Numbered from the stretch's first letter, positions 26,903 to 36,643 are shown. The stretch is DNA of 53,271 nt from a virus (IMGVR_UViG_3300032130_000001:1-53271), one strand, 5' to 3'. Made by a program: numbers and translations. Notes: generated from the letters alone by a model not told the origin.

Positions 26903-26944
26903 AAAAAAAGCATGTACAAGTACCGGTTTTATCGTGTAGATTCA
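26903..26944 (+). promoter_or_regulatory. repeated early-type promoter element, copy 4
   Basis: AAAAAAAGCATGTACAAGTACCGGTTTTATCGTGTAGATTCA. Confidence 0.65.
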
Positions 26945-26986
26945 ACCATAATAAATGAATAATAAATAAACAATAGAGGTTACTAA

Positions 26987-27256
26987 ATGACACTAATCGA
27001 ACAAGTTAACAACATGAATATAGACGATCTAAGGATGCTAAATAAATTAGCTATTAGTCGTATCAATGAACTTACATCAAACTATCGCTTTAACTTTAAA
27101 GCTGGTGATAAAGTTGTAATTGATAATAACGGTCGTGGAGATATTCCTGGAACAGTTATAAAAATTATGCGTAAGAACGTTCAGGTAAAAGCTGACAAAG
27201 GATTTGTTACCTATAACGTTACGCCAACTCTTCTAAAACATGTAGGAGTAAAATAA
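26987..27256 (+). CDS. KOW/SH3-like small protein
   Basis: FKAGDKVVI..GTVIKIMRKNVQV..YNVTPTLL. Confidence 0.65.
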   Translation: MTLIEQVNNMNIDDLRMLNKLAISRINELTSNYRFNFKAGDKVVIDNNGRGDIPGTVIKIMRKNVQVKADKGFVTYNVTPTLLKHVGVK

Positions 27257-27702
27257 TGAATACTTCTGGAATAACAGTTGAATGTAATGATTGCGGTAGG
27301 TTTATGACCGTTTCAGATACTGCCACCGGTGGTACCTGTTCAACATGTACGCACAGACGATGTATAGGTTTAATGTCTGATTCTGATCGAGATAAATTAT
27401 TTGGTGTTTCGCCCGAAAATAGATCTACTAAACCACGTGGATGGAGATGGATGACTGAATTTGTTTTGGCCGATGGTACTGTTTACCATAAAGGTGTTGA
27501 GCAGCCTGATCTAAAGGGCACGCGTCCAATTACAGACATAGACGCTTTATATAAAAAGCGTAAGAAGAACAAAGAAGCGTTGCAAAAAAAGGAACATAAG
27601 GCTCTTTTAGCCCACGCGAAGAAAGTTAAAGAAGCAAAGTCTGCTGCTGACGCTTTGAAAAAACAAAAGGATTTTTTAAACCATAAAGTAGGAGATAAGT
27701 AA
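27256..27702 (+). CDS. zinc-ribbon protein with basic tail
   Basis: CNDC..CSTC, KPRGWRWM. Confidence 0.65.
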   Translation: MNTSGITVECNDCGRFMTVSDTATGGTCSTCTHRRCIGLMSDSDRDKLFGVSPENRSTKPRGWRWMTEFVLADGTVYHKGVEQPDLKGTRPITDIDALYKKRKKNKEALQKKEHKALLAHAKKVKEAKSAADALKKQKDFLNHKVGDK

Positions 27703-27857
27703 TGCCTAAGAAGAAGACTAAAGGTCAATTCTCAAATTACAAGAAATGGAAATCCGATGAAGGTTACACATTTTTTGCGAGAGACAAGGATGATGCAAAA
27801 TTGTATCTTAAAAAGATGGATCATCTTGGTAGTGGTTTCGCAGAGGTGAAGTCTTGA
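27702..27857 (+). CDS. small basic protein (not in track)
   Basis: [28 protein letters not shown]...; coupled at both ends. Confidence 0.55.
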   Translation: MPKKKTKGQFSNYKKWKSDEGYTFFARDKDDAKLYLKKMDHLGSGFAEVKS

Positions 27858-28558
27858 GACCAATTCCAAATTGTTTTATTGAAGATAATCATCTCATCAA
27901 TAAAAAACTAAAAGAGGTTACAGTTGAAGAAGGATTAGAAATTGCTAAAGAACTTCTTGAAATTATGGCCACGAGAAAAGACGCTATTGGTTTAGCGGCT
28001 AATCAGGTTGGTATTGATGCTCGTGTGGCCGTTGTTAATGTTAGAGAACCTCTTATCTTAATTAATCCAGAAATTACTGAAGAGTTTGATGAAATAACAT
28101 TTTATGAAGGATGCTTATCGTTTCCAAAAAAGGGCGTCTATACTAAACGTTATAGAAATGTTGTTGTTAAGACTGCTCAAGAAGAAAGTGGATGGTACTT
28201 TAGTGGTAATGAACAGAGTCATGATGGAAAGGGAAGTTGGGAAAAATCTAAGGTTGATAAAGATAATGAGTTGAGATTATTAGAAGCAGTGGCAGTTCAA
28301 CACGAAATAGATCATTTAAACGGAATAACTATTCATGACAATGCAACACCATTACAACCAATAATTGCAGAAAAGAAACCTGGTCGTAATGAAAAGTGTC
28401 CGTGTGGTAGTGGTAAGAAATATAAAAAGTGTTGTCTCAATAAACCAAAAGCTACAGATCATCAAGATAGACACTGGCAAGATATTGAATATGAAGGAGC
28501 CAGAAATGCTCCATTAGAAGAAGGCGGATGGGCTACAAGTAATACTCAAAATGAGTAA
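27854..28558 (+). CDS. def: peptide deformylase with C-terminal SEC-C zinc motif
   Basis: [23 protein letters not shown]; [19 protein letters not shown]. Confidence 0.92.
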   Translation: MRPIPNCFIEDNHLINKKLKEVTVEEGLEIAKELLEIMATRKDAIGLAANQVGIDARVAVVNVREPLILINPEITEEFDEITFYEGCLSFPKKGVYTKRYRNVVVKTAQEESGWYFSGNEQSHDGKGSWEKSKVDKDNELRLLEAVAVQHEIDHLNGITIHDNATPLQPIIAEKKPGRNEKCPCGSGKKYKKCCLNKPKATDHQDRHWQDIEYEGARNAPLEEGGWATSNTQNE

Positions 28559-28769
28559 GAAAAAAAATGAAACAAAAGCTGTACCCAAAAAAGCTGCTGT
28601 CAAATCTTCTTCATCCGGAAAGGGTGATAAACTTAGACGAGGAATAACTCAAGATGAGTGGGGAGAAAAGTGGGAAAAGGTTTTTAGATCGAAAGAGAAG
28701 TTGGAAAGAACGGAATCTAGGTCGATACATTCATCAAAGGTTGAAGGAAGAAAATCTAACAAGGAATGA
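28551..28769 (+). CDS. small basic protein
   Basis: [13 protein letters not shown]. Confidence 0.55.
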   Translation: MSKKKNETKAVPKKAAVKSSSSGKGDKLRRGITQDEWGEKWEKVFRSKEKLERTESRSIHSSKVEGRKSNKE

Positions 28770-28883
28770 TTTAGATGAAAGTACAATTAATTTTTTCTTT
28801 CAACAGTTTAAGACAAGAGGTTGCGCAGGTCATTCAGAATGGTCAGAGAGATTTCAGAGAAATATTTGGATAGAAGATGACGA

Positions 28884-29102
28884 ATGAAATTGATTTTATT
28901 CCCGAGATTAGAAAATGGAAATGTATTATGGGAGTGCGATAATTGTGGGAAAACGGCTCAAGTTAGTTGCTTTAATACTAGAGCTGTAGCATTAGTTTGC
29001 TCTTGCGATATGACATGTCATCCTAAATGTAACAATAGATGGTACTATGATGGATTATATCATGAAACAAAATTAAAAGAGAAGTACGAACCAGATGAAT
29101 AG
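28884..29102 (+). CDS. Cys-rich protein
   Basis: CDNC..CSC..C..C. Confidence 0.5.
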   Translation: MKLILFPRLENGNVLWECDNCGKTAQVSCFNTRAVALVCSCDMTCHPKCNNRWYYDGLYHETKLKEKYEPDE

Positions 29103-29328
29103 ATTTATAGATGTTTTTTGGAATAAATATTATGGTCCGGATGAACAATATCCAGATGAAGATAACTATAGAGTTATATCTGCAATTGTTTTTAATAGAT
29201 CTGTTACACTAATATGTGTATGGAAAAAATTACATTTTTATTTGAGTATGTCAGAAAATTTGCAAACACAATGGGACGAAATGGCAGGACCACCAAAAGA
29301 ACGTGTATGGGAATTTAGGATTTTATAA
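29095..29328 (+). CDS. hypothetical protein
   Basis: Overlapping start on the coding strand. Confidence 0.5.
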   Translation: MNRFIDVFWNKYYGPDEQYPDEDNYRVISAIVFNRSVTLICVWKKLHFYLSMSENLQTQWDEMAGPPKERVWEFRIL

Positions 29329-29562
29329 TGGCAAGAAATATTTGGGGAAATAAAGTAATAAGAAAGGAAGATAGGTATACATCAAAATCAAAGTTTACAC
29401 AATCGGATATTAGATGGGAACAATTTAAAATCGTTATTTGGTTGGTATTAGGTTATGCTTATTTTCATTTTATAGCAATGGGGTGGACATGGTAGAATTT
29501 ACAATTATGTTTGTATTCTTTTTGAGTCTTTTTATAGTTCTGTATATGGAATCTAAAAGAAA

Positions 29563-30501
29563 ATGAATATAACATATAAAAATACAATTAATCCAGAGTT
29601 AAATTCTAGGGGTAAACCTATTACTTCGTGGATGGAAGACTGGACTTTAAATCATCGTAAGGCGAAGTTTTTTGAGTGGTGTAAAGCATTTGATAAACGT
29701 GAAGATGAATTGCTTAGGGATGATTATCAAATATTTTCTCACAGGCTACATTGGCATGAACATCCGTATTGTGAAGATATGAAAGATGTAGATGATTTAC
29801 ATGCACGTATAATGTACACTATGATATTTTCATTTTCTAATGAACATTGGTTAACACATAAAACTCTTAGAAATCATGGAATCAATGGGTTAAAGGAGAG
29901 ATTTGTAACTGAGCGTCATGCTAGAAATGATTTGTTTCAAATTTATTATCCAAAGGGAACGAATGTAAAAGAGTGGTTATTAGAAGGTCCAAAAAAATGT
30001 GCTGATGATATGGTGCACGTGTTAGAAGGAAGACATAAACAATGGACGATGATGGAATTAGCAAAAGTATTTTGTAATTATTTCAAAGAAAATCAGGGAT
30101 TTAGAGCTCCAATGTATCCGTGTAAAAACTTTGCACGATATATGGCTATGACTTGGCCACAAGACTACAATCCAGAATCTGTTTTATTTGGTGGAACTGG
30201 ACATTTTGATGGAATGCATCAGATATTTGGTGGTAAAAACTTAATGAATAAAGTTAAGTACGATATAGAAGATGGTGAATTTATTGCAAAAAATAAATAT
30301 GGAGAATTATGGTTAGATCAAATGTACGAATTAATGGATGATAATCGTAATCCAATGAGGGAACAAAAGTTTTTAAACGTAGAAGATAAAACGTGCTTTT
30401 TTTATAAGCATATTGCTATCTCTCATGGTGTTAAAAAACCAACAAAAAGGATTCCGTACGAATGGATATTCCCAAAAGATTTTAGTTTAAGGAAAGTATA
30501 A
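29563..30501 (+). CDS. second aGPT-Pplase1-like helical protein
   Basis: EDELLRDDYQIFSHR; YPCKNFARYMAM..PESVLFGGTGHFDGM..LNVEDKTCFFYKH, colinear with the motifs of 12592-13758. Confidence 0.5.
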   Translation: MNITYKNTINPELNSRGKPITSWMEDWTLNHRKAKFFEWCKAFDKREDELLRDDYQIFSHRLHWHEHPYCEDMKDVDDLHARIMYTMIFSFSNEHWLTHKTLRNHGINGLKERFVTERHARNDLFQIYYPKGTNVKEWLLEGPKKCADDMVHVLEGRHKQWTMMELAKVFCNYFKENQGFRAPMYPCKNFARYMAMTWPQDYNPESVLFGGTGHFDGMHQIFGGKNLMNKVKYDIEDGEFIAKNKYGELWLDQMYELMDDNRNPMREQKFLNVEDKTCFFYKHIAISHGVKKPTKRIPYEWIFPKDFSLRKV

Positions 30502-30692
30502 TGAAAAAATTAATAATGACCGTATTAGAAGAAGAGTGTTGCAATAAACAAATCAACATGGATTCTATAGCGGCTAGAGAAAGTATAGCCTTAGCGATTA
30601 TAAACAAAATGAGAAATAGTAGTGGCGGATGGTTCTTGGATTTAGGATCATACCCGCCTAGAAAATCTTCTAAATCTTAATATTTATCTAAT

Positions 30693-31133
30693 ATGGGTGT
30701 AATTAAAAGTAGAACAGAAGTTCGTGCTCCATACGAAATCGTAAAGAAATTATTTTTAGATCGTGAAGGAAAACTATTTAAGTTTTTAATTCCTTCGTTT
30801 TGTGAAGTAACTCATTACAAAGGGATTCGTCGAGGCGCCGTAATTAAATTGAAACTGTTCGATAAACCATGTGAATTTAAAGTGATAACATATTCTACAA
30901 ATAAAAATAAAACATCGTTCAACTATATTATTACCAAAGGAGACATCTTTAATGCAAAGTTTTGGTCGCATAGGCATTTCATTGAACGATATGAGGACAA
31001 TACGGTTATAAGAGATGAATTAGCATTTACGTCTAAAAATAAAATACGAGACGCTTTCCTTCATGCATTTTTGTTTTGTTCATTTCGAATAAGATCTTTA
31101 AAGTACAAGATCTTTTTATTTTTCAACAAGTAA
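30693..31133 (+). CDS. SRPBCC/START-like protein
   Basis: RTEVRAPYEIV..FWSHRHFI..TVIRDEL. Confidence 0.6.
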   Translation: MGVIKSRTEVRAPYEIVKKLFLDREGKLFKFLIPSFCEVTHYKGIRRGAVIKLKLFDKPCEFKVITYSTNKNKTSFNYIITKGDIFNAKFWSHRHFIERYEDNTVIRDELAFTSKNKIRDAFLHAFLFCSFRIRSLKYKIFLFFNK

Positions 31134-31144
31134 AGGAGATAATA

Positions 31145-31372
31145 ATGGCACAAAAATCATGGCCCGAAGAGCGGTCTGAGATAGCTATTTGGTTGTCTGG
31201 CTTTTTAGGAACGTATAAAAAATGGGTTGATAAGATTTTGGATAATGACGATCATGAAGTAACAAAAAATAAAATAGTAGATTTACTTTCAGATTGGATA
31301 GCAAAATTAGAAGAAGAAAGAACGAAGATATTAAAGATGTCAGATACTATTCATGAATCTACAGATGAGTGA
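31145..31372 (+). CDS. hypothetical helical protein
   Basis: AAGGAG RBS. Confidence 0.6.
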   Translation: MAQKSWPEERSEIAIWLSGFLGTYKKWVDKILDNDDHEVTKNKIVDLLSDWIAKLEEERTKILKMSDTIHESTDE

Positions 31373-31384
31373 TATTTATTATTG

Positions 31385-31717
31385 ATGAATAGAATACTTG
31401 AACAATCCTCGAATACTACTAGTTATTCAGCCGACCCGGGTGAACCGGATACTGGTTGGGTTCCAGGTGGAGAAGTTAGAATGTTAGGCTTTGAATCCGG
31501 AAAACCGGAATCATGGTTTCATCAGCTGGAATTTGAACAGGTAGAATTTCCTGTAGCAGATCATATTTATGGGAAAGGTGTTAAAGCTGTGTATAGCGTT
31601 ACTAAGAACGTTCAAGTAGTAGATCTTAAAAAGATGATGAAAAGTATTGATGCTGACATTGAAGAAATTAAAAACAATACATCCGTAATGTTGGGTGATT
31701 TGAAAAAGAGAAAATAA
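31385..31717 (+). CDS. hypothetical protein
   Basis: Follows an ATATTTAT motif. Confidence 0.6.
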   Translation: MNRILEQSSNTTSYSADPGEPDTGWVPGGEVRMLGFESGKPESWFHQLEFEQVEFPVADHIYGKGVKAVYSVTKNVQVVDLKKMMKSIDADIEEIKNNTSVMLGDLKKRK

Positions 31718-31718
31718 G

Positions 31719-32039
31719 ATGGAAGAAAAAGATATTTTAAAGGCCATTAATCAAAAATTTAAAGACTTAGCTTTACGTGGTATTTCAATAAAAGCATTAC
31801 CGCCAATTGGAAAACTCCATTCCTTAGATAGAAAAGCTGTAGAAATAGATTTAAGTAAGGTTGGAGCTGGACTTGATGCAATATTTAAAGTAATGAAAGT
31901 TCAGATTTCAGTTGGACATGATAAATTAGGTGCGGCAATTTCTTTACAGTATGATTGGAAATTTTGGAATGGTGGACAAAACGGTCATAGAGCTAGACAT
32001 ATTTATTCATACAGTAAAAAGAAATGGGATATGGGATAA
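31719..32039 (+). CDS. hypothetical protein
   Basis: Tightly packed ORF. Confidence 0.55.
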   Translation: MEEKDILKAINQKFKDLALRGISIKALPPIGKLHSLDRKAVEIDLSKVGAGLDAIFKVMKVQISVGHDKLGAAISLQYDWKFWNGGQNGHRARHIYSYSKKKWDMG

Positions 32040-32713
32040 TGCCGAAAGAGCTAGAACCAAATCAAGATTTAAAAATTAATGCTGGACTTGTGGGTATGTG
32101 GAAAAAAGCTGGCTTACGAGTAAAGAGTTTTAAGGCTACTAAAAAGGGTCACAATGAAATTTGGGCTGGAAAATTTAAAACTAAAAACGCGATACTTCAA
32201 ATGAGCGTTAATAAGTTTGGTTTTGTATTTTATCATGCTGGAAACAAATCTGTAAACATAGGAAGACTTGATAAGCAACGTAAGATAATAGATTGGATGA
32301 AAGCAATAATTAGAAATGCTCCATGGGCCGAATCCGTAAATGAGAGGAAATTAAGTTCTCAACAAAAGAAAGCAATATTGATAGCTATAGAGATGAGTGG
32401 TAATATGACTGGAGCTACCAAGAAGATTGAAAAAATTAAAAAAGGTTTATCTAAAGATAAAAAAGTAAGGGATGCTCTTCAGCTTGCAAACGAATCGGTA
32501 AATGAAGATATAGTACGCGATGAAGTTCACGCTAAAACAAAAAGAGAACTTAAAGCGGCCATAGCAAAAAGTATGAAAGAAATATTACAGGGTAAAACAC
32601 CAAAGTATGATATTATTAATGGTATGACCGGAGAGATGATTGGTTGGAAAGATGGTCACGATTATATCTGGCAACCAAGTGCAATTCCGTATGCAGAGAG
32701 AGAATTAAAATGA
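32039..32713 (+). CDS. hypothetical modular protein (ESVNE linkers)
   Basis: TAATG coupling; ESVNE occurs twice. Confidence 0.6.
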   Translation: MPKELEPNQDLKINAGLVGMWKKAGLRVKSFKATKKGHNEIWAGKFKTKNAILQMSVNKFGFVFYHAGNKSVNIGRLDKQRKIIDWMKAIIRNAPWAESVNERKLSSQQKKAILIAIEMSGNMTGATKKIEKIKKGLSKDKKVRDALQLANESVNEDIVRDEVHAKTKRELKAAIAKSMKEILQGKTPKYDIINGMTGEMIGWKDGHDYIWQPSAIPYAERELK

Positions 32714-32931
32714 TTAAAATAGATGTTAGCGTTGGCGATACAATTAAAGTAGGAAGATTTAAAAACAAATCAATCGTAGTTAAAGAGATTGGTGAAGACG
32801 ATCACGGCATGCCGACAATTAATGGTCGTTCAGTGGTTACTTTTAGAAAAAATCGGGCCGGTGATATGTACAGAACTAAGGATAAAGTTGAAGCAATGCT
32901 TAAGGATATGGGCTTGCCAGATAATAAATAA
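32710..32931 (+). CDS. hypothetical protein
   Basis: ATGA overlap; VGDTIKVGRFKNK..GMPTING. Confidence 0.6.
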   Translation: MIKIDVSVGDTIKVGRFKNKSIVVKEIGEDDHGMPTINGRSVVTFRKNRAGDMYRTKDKVEAMLKDMGLPDNK

Positions 32932-32964
32932 GTTTTACGAAACTGTGAAGGTATAATTATTAGT

Positions 32965-33204
32965 ATGAATAGATTTCAAGAAATGATAGAAGATTCGTCT
33001 CCAATCTTAGATTGGGACACACTATGTAGAGAAGTACGATGGTTGTATAAGAATAATAAGGCCGTGTTAGAAACTGTTAGCGATGGGGAGTTAAACTTAG
33101 ATGAGACGGCATTAGAAATTTTTCAAGCATTAATATATGATTATGCGCTGTCTAAGTCGGATAATCCTGGTTTTAAATTAAGTTACAAATTAGCTGAGGC
33201 GTAA
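32965..33204 (+). CDS. hypothetical protein
   Basis: ORF behind an ATAATTAT motif. Confidence 0.55.
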   Translation: MNRFQEMIEDSSPILDWDTLCREVRWLYKNNKAVLETVSDGELNLDETALEIFQALIYDYALSKSDNPGFKLSYKLAEA

Positions 33205-33206
33205 AT

Positions 33207-33470
33207 ATGCAAGTGAATATTCCTTACCTTAATGGTGTGGATTCTGATGTAATTTCTATTACACCAATACTAGATTTTTCTGTAAAAGTACCATATATAA
33301 CTTCAACCATGGAGAGCTACGAGATGAGTACTAAAGATATTATATTGAGACTAGAAGCAGCCATAGAAGATAAAGATTGGGAAGCTGTTGAGTTACTATT
33401 AGAAGATTTAAGATTAGACGGTGATTATGATAGAGGATATGATCAATTCGGTGGAGACGAAGAATACTAA
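33207..33470 (+). CDS. hypothetical acidic protein
   Basis: GAGG RBS. Confidence 0.55.
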   Translation: MQVNIPYLNGVDSDVISITPILDFSVKVPYITSTMESYEMSTKDIILRLEAAIEDKDWEAVELLLEDLRLDGDYDRGYDQFGGDEEY

Positions 33471-33477
33471 AAGATAT

Positions 33478-33884
33478 GGGCCCGCTGGGTATCGACGGGT
33501 GTTTTTTGACAATTGAGTGCAGCAGAGTTTGAACAAGACTCGAGACAAAAGGTTCACTAACCAAATTGGCGAATTTTCGCTAGACGGGTTGGTAATAGAT
33601 TGGCATTTAGCCGATACTGATTCAGCACCACTTGTTGGAGCTGAGCTGGCTTACCAACCGACTTACGCTTACGCTTAGGTCCTTGGGTTGTCTGACACCC
33701 GAGTATAAAATAAGTTAGACAAACAACTCTATGTGTGAGAGTATAAACACACCAGTTAATGGATATGTTCTGCAAAAGAAATCCACATGGTTGTTTGCTA
33801 GTTGCTACCAATGGAAACTAGCTAAGCTGTAACGACTCATTGTTAATAGCAGGCCGGACGGGAGTTCGAATCTCCCCGGGTCCA
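33478..33884 (+). ncRNA. ssrA: tmRNA
   Basis: 5' GGGCCCG..ATCGAC and 3' GGACGGGAG-TTCGAAT-CTCCC-CGGGTCC-A. The acceptor stem has the G3-U alanine determinant. Internal tag ORF at 33568-33678. Confidence 0.92.
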
Positions 33885-33912
33885 CAAGATATATGAAAAA
33901 AGTTATAAAAAA

Positions 33913-33958
33913 GTGAAAAAAAGCATGTACATGTATAGTATTTTATGTGTATATTCTA
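33913..33958 (+). promoter_or_regulatory. repeated early-type promoter element, copy 5
   Basis: GTGAAAAAAAGCATGTACATGTATAGTATTTTATGTGTATATTCTA. Confidence 0.7.
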
Positions 33959-33981
33959 ACTAAATAAAACAGGAGTTCGTA

Positions 33982-34506
33982 GTGAATATGTTAAACAAGT
34001 ACATTCTATCAATAATAGCCGTTACAATGATAAATGGATACATTAGTGTTCAGTTCATGAAGAGTAATAGAGAAACATACAAGGGTTATTACGATGAATT
34101 GATGTATGAGAATCAACAATTAGGACGGGAACTGGATGAATTTTATGCTTATGGTATAAAGGTTGATGTAACAATGTATCAACCAACGCGATATCAAACA
34201 GATAGTACACCGAATATTACAGCTGATGGAACTAAAATTCGTATTAATAGTGCATCAGATTATAAGTTCGTTGCTCTTTCTAGAAATCTATTGAAACGGT
34301 GGGGTGGACCATTTGATTACGGTGATTTTATTTTAATTAAGGGTACTGGTAGTAAAGATGGAGTATATCAAGTTAGAGATACCATGAATCCAAAATGGGT
34401 TAATGTGGTAGATATTTTAGAATCAAAGGGTGTTAAACAATACAAGTATGAAAATTGTGATATTTTTAAATTACCCTGGTTAAAAAAAGAAGAGGAAAAT
34501 GCATGA
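33982..34506 (+). CDS. 3D-domain (MltA-like) cell-wall enzyme with N-terminal anchor
   Basis: VTMY..QTDSTPNITADG..VALSRNL..YQVRDTMN..VDIL. Confidence 0.8.
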   Translation: MNMLNKYILSIIAVTMINGYISVQFMKSNRETYKGYYDELMYENQQLGRELDEFYAYGIKVDVTMYQPTRYQTDSTPNITADGTKIRINSASDYKFVALSRNLLKRWGGPFDYGDFILIKGTGSKDGVYQVRDTMNPKWVNVVDILESKGVKQYKYENCDIFKLPWLKKEEENA

Positions 34507-35249
34507 AATTAGGTGCTGAACAGATAGTAGAAAATTGGCGACTACTACATGAAGTTATAGATACAACGTTTAAAGATGAACGTTTAGAAAATATAAAAAA
34601 GTTACACAATCATTTTGAAGATAGAATGCAGATAGCACCTGCTTCTGCTACAAAATGGTTTCACAACGCATTTCCAGGTGGATATACTTCTCACGTTTTA
34701 AATGTGATAAAGTGGTCTTTAGAATACTGGAAATTATTTGAAAAGATGGGAATGCATGTGGATGACTTAGATAAAGAGACGATTGTTTTTTGTGCAATGT
34801 TTCATGATCTTGGTAAGATAGGTGATATGGATAATGATTATTATATTACACAGCCAGATGATTGGAAAGCAAAAAAATGGGGTCGACCTTATGATCATAA
34901 TCCAGAATTGCATTGGATGAATATAGCTGATAGATCGTTTATGATATTAAATCAATTTGGAATAAAGTATTCTCAACAGGAATTTTATGGTATAAAGATG
35001 GCAGATGGATTATATGATGAGGCAAATAAACCGTATTTTTTTGAAGGTCAAGAATGGAAAGCAATTAAGACTAATATTGGTTTCATAATACATTATGGAG
35101 ATTCTTCTGCAACTCGATGGGAAAAGGAACAATACATGTTGTCCGGAGAAAGTGCAGTAGATTTTCCAAAAATTATGAAGGGAATAACCAAAGACGACGA
35201 GGTTTTGAAATCTCTCGATGTAGATAAATTAGGAGATTTATTCAAATGA
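34503..35249 (+). CDS. HD-domain phosphohydrolase (YhaM-like)
   Basis: APAS..FHNAFPGGYTSHVLNV..MFHDLGKIG..IHYGD. Confidence 0.85.
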   Translation: MKLGAEQIVENWRLLHEVIDTTFKDERLENIKKLHNHFEDRMQIAPASATKWFHNAFPGGYTSHVLNVIKWSLEYWKLFEKMGMHVDDLDKETIVFCAMFHDLGKIGDMDNDYYITQPDDWKAKKWGRPYDHNPELHWMNIADRSFMILNQFGIKYSQQEFYGIKMADGLYDEANKPYFFEGQEWKAIKTNIGFIIHYGDSSATRWEKEQYMLSGESAVDFPKIMKGITKDDEVLKSLDVDKLGDLFK

Positions 35250-35500
35250 TACTTGAAATAATTACAATAGTATTCGGTATAATATTAATTGTACAACTAT
35301 ATGTCATATACAATTTGTATCAGAAGACAGATAGCTTGGAACAATGGGTGGATTCTACGTATATAAATATACAAGAAACATTAGCTGAATTTAGAAAAAT
35401 AGACTCTACTGGTCATTTCGAAGCAGATGATGAGATAGGTGTAATTTTCACACAATTAAAAGAAACACTAGAAAACCTAGAAAAAATTACAGAGGAATAG
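35246..35500 (+). CDS. membrane-anchored protein
   Basis: N-terminal TM helix; FEADDEIG. Confidence 0.65.
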   Translation: MILEIITIVFGIILIVQLYVIYNLYQKTDSLEQWVDSTYINIQETLAEFRKIDSTGHFEADDEIGVIFTQLKETLENLEKITEE

Positions 35501-35502
35501 AA

Positions 35503-36222
35503 ATGCCCAGAAAACCAAGCAAAACACGAATGTATTTTCACGAAGGTACAGAACAGGGAATTATTGATTATAACAATGCAACATCTTGGAGAGAAAGAAA
35601 TTTAATATATAACGAACACTTACGCGCTCCGTTTGAAAAATTAGTTGAAAGTATCATACACACGTTTAAGTTTTATTATTTTGATGTTCCAACAGAAGAT
35701 GTTAAACACGAAGTCATATCGTTTATGATTACTAGATTGGGAAAATATAAACAAGGTAAGGGAAAGGCATTTAGTTATTTTAGTGTAGTTGTAAAAAACT
35801 GGTTAATATGTCATAATAACGGCAATTATAAAAAATTAAAAACACACAGCGATGTATTAGATCTTAAACATAAGGATGTTAAGAAAGTTACATACGTAGA
35901 CGATTCAGAATCTAGACAGGCCGAATCTTACTTTTTTTCTTCGGTTAAAGATTACTGGGAAAATAATATTGATAAAGTATTTAAAAAAGATCGTGATAAA
36001 AAGATTGCATATTCTATTCTTGAATTAATGGATAAAGTTGACTCTATTGAAATATTCAATAAAAAAGCACTTTATATTCTATTAAGAGAAATTTCTGGAG
36101 CCAAAACCCAACATATAACTAAAGTTTTAAATGTAATGAAGGGTCACTTTGCCAATTTACATAAGCAATGGATCACAACAGGCTCTATTAATACAATATC
36201 TACCCTACGTCGTTTTTCATAG
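35503..36222 (+). CDS. phage sigma-factor-like protein (T4 gp55-like)
   Basis: Region-2-like EDVKHEVISFMITRLGKYKQGKGKAFSYFSVVVKNWLI; lies directly upstream of the virion genes. Confidence 0.6.
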   Translation: MPRKPSKTRMYFHEGTEQGIIDYNNATSWRERNLIYNEHLRAPFEKLVESIIHTFKFYYFDVPTEDVKHEVISFMITRLGKYKQGKGKAFSYFSVVVKNWLICHNNGNYKKLKTHSDVLDLKHKDVKKVTYVDDSESRQAESYFFSSVKDYWENNIDKVFKKDRDKKIAYSILELMDKVDSIEIFNKKALYILLREISGAKTQHITKVLNVMKGHFANLHKQWITTGSINTISTLRRFS

Positions 36223-36256
36223 ACTAGTATATTTATAATCAAAAGGATGTTCTAAG

Positions 36257-36643
36257 ATGTCTGCTGATTATGAAATATACAAAGGGAAAACAATTGCCGA
36301 TCTATTTAAGAAGATAGACGACAATTCCAAACGCAATAAAATTCAAATAGAATCTCTTATTCAAGAGATGATGGTCTATATTAAAGATCCACAAAGCGCT
36401 CAAACATTATTTCCAATGATTAGCGATTTCATGGAAGCTAACATCAGAAATGATGAGCTACTAGTTAAGTTAGGAGCAGTAGTTCAACGAGTTATGCAAG
36501 CAGAATCCAAAAACCAAGAGGGTGAATATGGTCTATCAGATAAAGAGAAAGATCAAATTTTAGGAAAAATAGAAGAAGCAGCACAAAATATTCAAGGTGA
36601 AATAGACGATATTCAATTGGATATTACAAGCAAGTCCAAATAG
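36257..36643 (+). CDS. hypothetical helical protein
   Basis: AAGGA RBS after an ATATTTAT motif. Confidence 0.65.
   Translation: MSADYEIYKGKTIADLFKKIDDNSKRNKIQIESLIQEMMVYIKDPQSAQTLFPMISDFMEANIRNDELLVKLGAVVQRVMQAESKNQEGEYGLSDKEKDQILGKIEEAAQNIQGEIDDIQLDITSKSK

Noticed and set aside
33557-33811. Minus-strand 84-aa ORF
   Set aside because: It is antisense to the tmRNA and has no recognisable features.
6367-33958. CRISPR array
   Set aside because: The repeats are dispersed promoter-like elements. There is no regular repeat-spacer array and no cas gene.
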